From Candidatus Methylomirabilia bacterium (GTDB lineage: Bacteria; Methylomirabilota; Methylomirabilia; Rokubacteriales; CSP1-6), in contig JBGPXN010000114.1 of assembly GCA_041492755.1 (NCBI GenBank), positions 1 to 13,808 on the forward strand: a stretch of DNA of 13,808 nt. The letters are read 5' to 3'. This document shows, piece after piece, positions 6,753 through 13,001 of this stretch (positions are counted from its first letter, which is position 1; every line of letters starts with the position of its first letter). The notes beneath the pieces were generated by a model. That model was given only the letters and a program-made list of their open reading frames with translations, was not told the DNA's origin and ran no database searches. Both the position numbers and the translations under genes were made by a program.

Positions 6753-8662
6753 CGCTCTACGGGCTCGCGCCGGCCGGCCCGATCGCCTCGCGGTGGGAGC
6801 GCCGCCTCGCGGAGCTCGCGCTCGTCGGACCGACGCGCCGCCGGCGTCATCCCGTTCTCGTCGTGGGCACGGGACTGGCCGGCGCCTCGGCGGCGGCGAC
6901 GCTGTCGGAGCTGGGCTATCGGGTGCGCTGCCTCACCTTCCACGACTCGCCCCGCCGTGCCCACAGCGTGGCCGCGCAGGGCGGAATCAATGCCGCCAAG
7001 AACTACGGAAACGACGGCGACAGCGTCGAGCGCCTCTTCCACGACACGCTCGAGGGCGGCGATTTCCGCTCGCGCGAATCGAACGTGTACCGGCTGGCCG
7101 AGCTGTCGGCGCGCATCGTCGATCACGCGGTGGCCCAGGGCGTGCCGTTCGCCCGCGAGTACGGCGGGCAGCTCGCCAACCGATCGTTCGGCGGCGTGCT
7201 CGTCTCGCGGACGTTCTACGCGCGCGGGCAAACCGGGCAGCAGCTTCTGCTCGGCGCCTACCAGGCGCTGGCCAAGGAGCAAGCGGCGGGGGGCGTCACG
7301 CTGCTGGCGCGACGGGAGATGCTCGACCTGATCGTGGTGGACGGCCGGGCGCGCGGCGTCATCGCGCGCGACCTGGTATCGGGCGCGCTCGAGGTGCACG
7401 TTGCCGACGCGGTGGTGCTGGCCACCGGCGGGTATGCGAACGTCTACTTCCTGTCGACGAACGCCAAGGCCTCGAATGCCACGGCCATCTGGCGGGCGCA
7501 CCGCCGCGGGGCGGCGTTCGCGAATCCGAGTTTCGTGCAGTTCCATCCCACCTGCCTGCCCGCCGCCGGCGAGCACCAGGCCAAGCTCACGCTGATGTCC
7601 GAGTCGCTGCGCAACGACGGGCGCGTGTGGGTGCCGCTCCGGCCGGGCCACGACCGCCGCCCCGACGCGATCCCGGAGGCCGAGCGCGACTATTTCCTCG
7701 AGCGCCAGTATCCGCGCTACGGCAACCTGGTCCCGCGCGACCTGGCCTCGCGCGCGGCCAAGGCGGTGTGCGACGAGGGCCGCGGGGTGGGACCGGGCGG
7801 GCGCGGCGTGTATCTGGATCTGAGCGAGGCCGCGCAACGACTCGGCGCCGGCGTGCTGCGCGAGCGCTATGGCAACCTCTTCGACCTGTACCAGCACATC
7901 ACGGGCGACGATCCCCTGCGCGTCGCCATGCGCATCGCGCCCGCCCCCCACTACACGATGGGCGGGCTCTGGGTCGATTACGATCTCATGAGCACGATCC
8001 CCGGGCTGTTCGTCCTCGGCGAAGCCAACTTCTCCGACCAAGGCGCCAACCGCCTGGGCGCGAGCGCGCTCATGCAGGGCCTGGCCGACGGGTACTTCAT
8101 CCTGCCCTGCACGCTGCCGGGCTACCTGGCCGGCGCGCGGCTCGTCCCGGTCGCCGAAGACGGCGCGGAGGCGCGGGCCGCGCTGGCCGAGGTGCGGGCG
8201 CGCGTCGAGAAGCTGCTCGGCGTGCGCGGCCGGCGCACGGCCAGCGACTTCCATCGGGCGCTCGGTCGCGTGCTGTGGGACGCCTGCGGACTCGAGCGCA
8301 GCCGCGATGGGCTGGCCAGGGCGATCGACGAGGTGGCGGCGCTGCGCGAGGCGTTCTGGGACGACGTGACCGTGCCTGGCAACCCCGGCGAGCTGAACCA
8401 GGAGCTCGAGCGCGCCGGACGCGTGGCCGACTTCCTCGAGCTCGGCGAGCTGATGTGCCGCGATGCGCTCGCCCGCGAGGAGTCGTGCGGCTGCCACTTC
8501 CGCGTCGAGCACCAGACGCCGGACGGCGAGGCGCGGCGCGACGATGAAGCCTTCGCCCACGTGGCGGCGTGGATGCCGGCTACCCCCGGGCGGTGCCCCG
8601 AGCGGTTCGTGGAAGAGCTCCACTTCGAGACGCTGCCGCTGAGCGAGCGGTCGTATCGATGA
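6749..8662 (+). CDS. sdhA: Succinate dehydrogenase/fumarate reductase flavoprotein subunit
   Basis: ATG 6749 (ATGA overlap), 637 aa. Motifs VVGTGLAG, covalent-FAD His in [42 protein letters not shown], and [10 protein letters not shown]. Carries DQGANRLG in place of DHGANRLG. Confidence 0.93.
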   Translation: MTLYGLAPAGPIASRWERRLAELALVGPTRRRRHPVLVVGTGLAGASAAATLSELGYRVRCLTFHDSPRRAHSVAAQGGINAAKNYGNDGDSVERLFHDTLEGGDFRSRESNVYRLAELSARIVDHAVAQGVPFAREYGGQLANRSFGGVLVSRTFYARGQTGQQLLLGAYQALAKEQAAGGVTLLARREMLDLIVVDGRARGVIARDLVSGALEVHVADAVVLATGGYANVYFLSTNAKASNATAIWRAHRRGAAFANPSFVQFHPTCLPAAGEHQAKLTLMSESLRNDGRVWVPLRPGHDRRPDAIPEAERDYFLERQYPRYGNLVPRDLASRAAKAVCDEGRGVGPGGRGVYLDLSEAAQRLGAGVLRERYGNLFDLYQHITGDDPLRVAMRIAPAPHYTMGGLWVDYDLMSTIPGLFVLGEANFSDQGANRLGASALMQGLADGYFILPCTLPGYLAGARLVPVAEDGAEARAALAEVRARVEKLLGVRGRRTASDFHRALGRVLWDACGLERSRDGLARAIDEVAALREAFWDDVTVPGNPGELNQELERAGRVADFLELGELMCRDALAREESCGCHFRVEHQTPDGEARRDDEAFAHVAAWMPATPGRCPERFVEELHFETLPLSERSYR

Positions 8663-9422
8663 AGGTCGCGCTCCGCATCTGGCGCCAGCGCGCTCCGCGA
8701 GACATCGGCGGCTTCGTCCGCTACCAGCTCGACGACGTGCGCCCCGACATGACGCTGCTCGAAGCCCTCGATCGCCTCAACGAATGGCTGGTCACGCTCG
8801 GTGAGCCGCCGGTGGCCTTCGACAGTGACTGCCGGGAGGGCATCTGCGGCGCGTGCGGCATCGTCGTGAACGGTCGCCCGCACGGGCCGCTGCCGGGAAC
8901 GACGACCTGCCTGCTCCCGCTGCGAGCGTTCCGCGACGGCGCCACGATCACGCTCGAGCCGTTCCGCACGGGCACCTTCCCGGTCGTGTGCGACCTCGTG
9001 GTCGATCGCGGCGCGCTCGACCGCATCGTGTGCAGGCCGGCGGCTACGTCTCGGTGCGCGCCGGCAGCGCGCCCGAAGCCAACACGCTGCCGGTCGAGCA
9101 CGACGCCGCCGAGCGCGCCCTGGACGCGGCCGCGTGCATCGGCTGCGGCGCCTGCGTGGCCGCCTGTCCCAACGGCTCCGCCGCCCTGTTCGTGGGGGCC
9201 AAGCTCACGCACCTCGGTCTGCTGCCTCAGGGCCAACCCGAGCGCGCCCACCGCGCCCGCGCCCTGCTGGCCGGAGCGGATCGCGAGCGCTTCGGCGGCT
9301 GCACGCTCCACGGTGAATGCCAGGCCGCGTGCCCCAAGAACATCGACCTCGGCGTCATCGCGCGGATGAACCGCGAGTATCTGACCGCCACTCTCGCGAC
9401 CTGGTGGCGGGGCGGGGCGTGA
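8659..9422 (+). pseudogene. sdhB: Succinate dehydrogenase/fumarate reductase iron-sulfur subunit, split by a +2 frameshift at about 9031
   Basis: ATG 8659 (ATGA overlap). The N-half carries the [2Fe-2S] motif DCREGICGAC...TTTC and reads to DRIV at 9030. The C-half (QAGGYVSV..., CIGCGACVAACP, CTLHGECQAACP) resumes at 9033 in another frame and stops at 9422. Removing one TG from GTGTG gives a 253-aa ORF. Could be an assembly error rather than a true pseudogene. Confidence 0.88.
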
Positions 9423-9457
9423 GCCGCTCGCTCGCGGGTTTCCGCAGGGCGAGCGGC
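9423..9457. terminator. Strong hairpin between convergent sdhB and the MFS gene, probable bidirectional terminator
   Basis: GCCGCTCGC (9423-9431) pairs with GCGAGCGGC (9449-9457). Inner GCGG/CCGC stem closes a GTTT loop. Begins immediately after the sdhB stop. No U-tract. Confidence 0.55.
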
Positions 9458-9463
9458 GGGTCC

Positions 9464-11095
9464 TCAACCCTCCGCGGTGGGCACGGGCGAGGGCTCGGCG
9501 GCTGACGCCGACGAACGCGCGGCGCTGGCCGGCGCGCCTACCGACGACGTTGGCTCCATCCGGATGCGGCGCATGAGGGGAAGCAGTAACGGAACGACGG
9601 CGAACATCACCGCCAGCAGCCAGAAGTCGTCCGCGTAGGCCAGCAGCTGGGCCTGGTCCACGGTTTGGCGATAGAGCGTCGCCATCGCCCGCCGCTCGGC
9701 GGTGAAGGCGTCACTGCCCAGGGCCATGAAGTGGCTCGTCCACTGGGCCAGGCGCGCGCGCGTCTCCGGATCCCACTGGGTGATATGGCTCCCGAGCGTG
9801 GTCTGGTGGAACTGGCTGCGCTGGGCGAGCAGCGTCGTGACCACCGCGATCCCCACGCTCCCTCCGAAGTTCCGCAGCATGCCGTACACGGCGGTGGCAT
9901 TGACGAGCTTGTCGCGCCGCACCGTGGCCAGCGTGAGCGTGGACATCGGCACGAAGATGAACCCGACCGCGAACCCCTGGACGAAGCGGGGGAAGGCCAG
10001 GGCCCAGTAGTCCATCCCGAGCGTGAGCGTGCTCATCATGTAGAGGCTCACGGCGTTGAGCAGACATCCGAACGCCAGCATCAATCGCTGGTCCATGCGG
10101 GTCACCAGCCCCGAGGCGAAGAGCGAAAAGATGTTGCCGAGCCCGCCCGGGGCCAGCACCAGGCCCGCCGTCCACGCGTCATACCCCAGCAGCTTCTGCG
10201 TGAAGATCCCGATCAGCAGCATGCCGGAGAACATGCCGAAGCCGACGATCGCACTCAGCGTGGCACCGGTGGCGAAGTTGCGGTCGGTGAACACGGTGAG
10301 GTCGACGATGGGATCGCTGGTGGTCAGCTCACGGATCAGGAATGCGGCGAGCGCGCAGACGGCGACGATCGCCAGCGCGACGATCCCCGACGACTCGAAC
10401 CAGTCCTCGCGCTCGCCCCGGTCCAGGACGAGCTGAAGGCACCCGAGGCCCGCGATCATCAGTCCCAGGCCCCACCAGTCGATTCGCCCACGCTGGCGCA
10501 GATAGGGCGGATCGAACAGGAAGGCGCTGGCCATGAGGAAGCCAAGGCACCCGACCGGCAGGTTGATGTAGAAGATCCAGCGCCACGACCATTCGTCGGC
10601 CAGGTAGCCGCCGACGGTCGGCCCCAGGATCGGCCCGAGGATGAAGCCGACTCCCCAGACCGCCATCGCGAGCCCGCGCTGGTGAAAGGGGAAGATCTCC
10701 CAGAGGATCGCCTGCGAAAGCGGGATGATCGGCCCGCCGCCGAGGCCCTGGAAGATGCGGGCCACGATGAGCGTGGTCAGGTCGGGAGCGGCGCCGGAGA
10801 CGAACGAGCTGATCACGAACAAAACGGTGCAGATCAGGAACAACCGCTTGCGCCCGAACAGCCCGACCAGCCACCCGGTGGCCGGGATGACGACGGCGTT
10901 GGCGGCGAGGTAGGACGTGATCACCCACGACACCTCGTCCAATCCCGCCGAGAGCGATCCCTGCAGGTGCGGGAGCACGACGTTGGTGACGCTGGTGTCC
11001 AGGATCTGCATGAAGGCCACCACCATGACCGTGAGGGTGATGGCCCACTTCTGGGCGGGAGCAATCGGGAGCGCTTCCGGGGCTGGGGGCGTCAT
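9464..11095 (-). CDS. DHA2-family (EmrB/QacA) MFS efflux transporter
   Basis: 543 aa. Motifs FMQILDTSVTNV, WVITSYL, FGRKR (motif A region), RIFQGLGGG, GPILGPTVGGYL, WRWIFYINLPVG, IDWWG and RNFGGSVG. SD-like GAGGT upstream of the start. Confidence 0.94.
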   Translation of the reverse strand: MTPPAPEALPIAPAQKWAITLTVMVVAFMQILDTSVTNVVLPHLQGSLSAGLDEVSWVITSYLAANAVVIPATGWLVGLFGRKRLFLICTVLFVISSFVSGAAPDLTTLIVARIFQGLGGGPIIPLSQAILWEIFPFHQRGLAMAVWGVGFILGPILGPTVGGYLADEWSWRWIFYINLPVGCLGFLMASAFLFDPPYLRQRGRIDWWGLGLMIAGLGCLQLVLDRGEREDWFESSGIVALAIVAVCALAAFLIRELTTSDPIVDLTVFTDRNFATGATLSAIVGFGMFSGMLLIGIFTQKLLGYDAWTAGLVLAPGGLGNIFSLFASGLVTRMDQRLMLAFGCLLNAVSLYMMSTLTLGMDYWALAFPRFVQGFAVGFIFVPMSTLTLATVRRDKLVNATAVYGMLRNFGGSVGIAVVTTLLAQRSQFHQTTLGSHITQWDPETRARLAQWTSHFMALGSDAFTAERRAMATLYRQTVDQAQLLAYADDFWLLAVMFAVVPLLLPLMRRIRMEPTSSVGAPASAARSSASAAEPSPVPTAEG

Positions 11096-11190
11096 TGACC
11101 TCGAGCCGACGCGCTAGCATATGCGCGAGGCGCCGATAACGCGAGGACCGAGCGCGGGGTGAGCTTGGGTCCCGTATCCATTCCGTGACA

Positions 11191-11219
11191 TTGATCGCGT
11201 CGCCACGGCTCGATAGAGT
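11191..11219 (+). promoter_or_regulatory. Candidate sigma70 promoter giving a leaderless Uma2 transcript
   Basis: TTGATC at 11191-11196, 17-nt spacer, TAGAGT at 11214-11219. ATG 11226 follows 6 nt after the -10. No SD. Confidence 0.5.
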
Positions 11220-11225
11220 GACGGC

Positions 11226-11801
11226 ATGACGCAAGCACCGCTGACGCTCCGGCGCTGGAAGCGAGGCGAGTACGAGCGGCTGGCAGAACTGGGGGCCTTT
11301 GAAAACGACCCTATCGAGCTCATTGACGGCCAGATCATCGTCGCCGAGCCAAAGGGCCCGTATCACGTCTCCGCGGTCGGCACCGTGCATCACGCGGTGG
11401 CAGCCGCTCTTCCGGCGGGTTGGTTCGTGCGAACCGAGGCGCCGGTGTCGCTCGACGACGAATCCGAGCCCGAGCCCGACTTGGTCGTCGTGCCGGGCCG
11501 CCCAGCCGACTATCGGCACGAGCACCCGGCGCGTCCGGTGCTGGCCATCGAGGTGGCGGACTCCAGCCTCGCCTTCGACCGTCATCAGAAGGGCAGCCTG
11601 TACGCACGGGCGGGACTTCAGGACTACTGGATCGTGAACCTCGTCGACCGCATCCTGGAGGTCTACCGTGATCCGGGTCCCGACCCGTCGGCGGCCTACG
11701 GCTGGCGGTATCGCTCGGTCGTATCGCTCACGCCATCGGATGTCGCCGTTCCTCTGGCGTTCCCGTCGATTCGGATCACCGTGGCCGACCTCCTGCCGTA
11801 A
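11226..11801 (+). CDS. Uma2 (DUF820) family PD-(D/E)xK putative endonuclease
   Basis: 191 aa. Motifs EYERL, IELIDGQI, H in GPYH, EPEPDLVVV, LAIEVADSS...DR..K..LYARAGLQDYWIVNL and a typical C-terminal ITVADLLP. Confidence 0.92.
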   Translation: MTQAPLTLRRWKRGEYERLAELGAFENDPIELIDGQIIVAEPKGPYHVSAVGTVHHAVAAALPAGWFVRTEAPVSLDDESEPEPDLVVVPGRPADYRHEHPARPVLAIEVADSSLAFDRHQKGSLYARAGLQDYWIVNLVDRILEVYRDPGPDPSAAYGWRYRSVVSLTPSDVAVPLAFPSIRITVADLLP

Positions 11802-11816
11802 CTGTACCCTGCCCTC

Positions 11817-11849
11817 AACCTCGAGATCACAAAGTGTGACCTCAAGATT
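11817..11849. repeat. 33-bp imperfect palindrome
   Basis: AACCTCGAGATCACA-aag-TGTGACCTCAAGATT, 15-nt arms with 3 mismatches. Confidence 0.75.
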
Positions 11850-11873
11850 TCGCGACGCTGCGAGGCAACCGCC

Positions 11874-11902
11874 TTGACTCCCAGCCCCGACTGAGCCAGC
11901 CT
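11874..11902 (+). promoter_or_regulatory. Candidate sigma70 promoter for the E1-beta/E2 unit
   Basis: TTGACT at 11874-11879, 17-nt spacer, CAGCCT at 11897-11902. Same layout as the candidate promoter upstream of E1-alpha. Confidence 0.4.
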
Positions 11903-11922
11903 CGGAGCCCATGGAGGGTGCG

Positions 11923-11982
11923 ATGCCGCTATCTGCGCCCTACCCCGAGTTGAGCGAGGTGGACGAGGATGGCTACGACTGA
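11923..11982 (+). other. Diverged duplicate of the E1-alpha 3' end forming mini-ORF MPLSAPYPELSEVDEDGYD
   Basis: 11935-11982 matches 1785-1832 at 39/48 nt with no gaps. ATG 11923 is preceded by GGAGG at 11913-11917. Overlaps the E1-beta start. Confidence 0.75.
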
Positions 11983-12970
11983 GACGGCGGTGCGAGAGTT
12001 GACCTACGGCGAGGCGGTCCGCGAGGCCATCGCGGAGGAGATGCGACGCGATCCGCGCGTGTTCCTCATCGGCGAGGACGTGGCCGAGGCCGGCCACCCG
12101 TTCAAGACGCTGGTCGGCCTCGTCGAGGAGTTCGGCAAGGAGCGCGTGATCGACACGCCGATCTCGGAGCCCGGTTACGCCGGCATCGGCGTGGGCGCCG
12201 CCATGACCGGCATGCGCCCGATCGTCGACATCATGTTCGGCGACTTCATCACCCTCACCATGGACCAGATGGTCAACCAGGCCGCCAAGGCGCACTACAT
12301 GTCCGGCGGCAAGATCAAGGTGCCCATCGTCTTCCGCACCACGCTCGGCGCCACGCGTCGCTCGGCGGCCCAGCACTCGCAGTCCCTCCAGGCCTGGGTC
12401 AGCCACGTCCCGGGTCTCAAGGTCGCGCTTCCCTCGAGCCCGTACGAGGCCAAGGGCCTGATGAAGACGGCCATCCGCGACGACAGTCCCGTGGTGATCT
12501 TCGAGGACAAGATGATGTACCGGGTCAAGGGCCCGGTGCCGGCGGAGGAGTACTTGATCCCCTTCGGCGTGGCGGACATCAAGCGCGCCGGCACCGACGT
12601 CACGATCGTCGCCACCAGCAGCATGGTCACGGTCGCCCTCGGCGCCGCCAAGATGCTGGAGGAGATCGGCATCAGCGCCGAGGTGATCGATCCGCGCACG
12701 ACCTGGCCCCTGGACAAGCAGACGCTGATCGACTCCGCCAAGAAGACGTCGCGCGCCATCGTGGTGGACGAAGGCTACGAGCGCTACGGCGTCACCGCCG
12801 AGATCGCCGCGGTGATCGCGGACGGCGCCTTCTATTACCTCGACGCGCCGGTCAAGCGCATCGGCGCCATGGACGTGCCCGTGCCGTTCTCGCCGGTGCT
12901 CGAGGACCTCACCGTGCCGTCGGAGGCGAAGGTGTTCGAGACGGCGAAGGCGCTGTGTCGGAAGGCGTGA
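11969..12970 (+). CDS. ThDP-dependent dehydrogenase E1 component beta subunit (AcoB/PdhB-like)
   Basis: 333 aa. Motifs LTYGEAVREA, VFLIGEDV, RVIDTPISE, IMFGDF, AAQHSQ, PGLKVALPS, EVIDPRT and LDAPVKRI. Alternative start GTG 11990. Confidence 0.95.
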   Translation: MATTETAVRELTYGEAVREAIAEEMRRDPRVFLIGEDVAEAGHPFKTLVGLVEEFGKERVIDTPISEPGYAGIGVGAAMTGMRPIVDIMFGDFITLTMDQMVNQAAKAHYMSGGKIKVPIVFRTTLGATRRSAAQHSQSLQAWVSHVPGLKVALPSSPYEAKGLMKTAIRDDSPVVIFEDKMMYRVKGPVPAEEYLIPFGVADIKRAGTDVTIVATSSMVTVALGAAKMLEEIGISAEVIDPRTTWPLDKQTLIDSAKKTSRAIVVDEGYERYGVTAEIAAVIADGAFYYLDAPVKRIGAMDVPVPFSPVLEDLTVPSEAKVFETAKALCRKA

Positions 12971-13001
12971 TGCTTTCGGGGTCCACGGGCCGGGGGCGCT
13001 G

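Noticed and set aside
1833..11934. Active mobile element (IS, prophage, ICE) call for the insert
   Set aside because: No integrase, transposase, relaxase or phage gene, and the flanking repeats are about 19% diverged. Reported only as a possible old scar.
11813..11955. Integron attC site after Uma2 (CCTCAAC ... GTTGAGC)
   Set aside because: The outer boxes nearly pair, but no complementary L boxes were found, the span is at or beyond the usual upper size, and GTTGAGC lies inside the alpha-tail duplicate.
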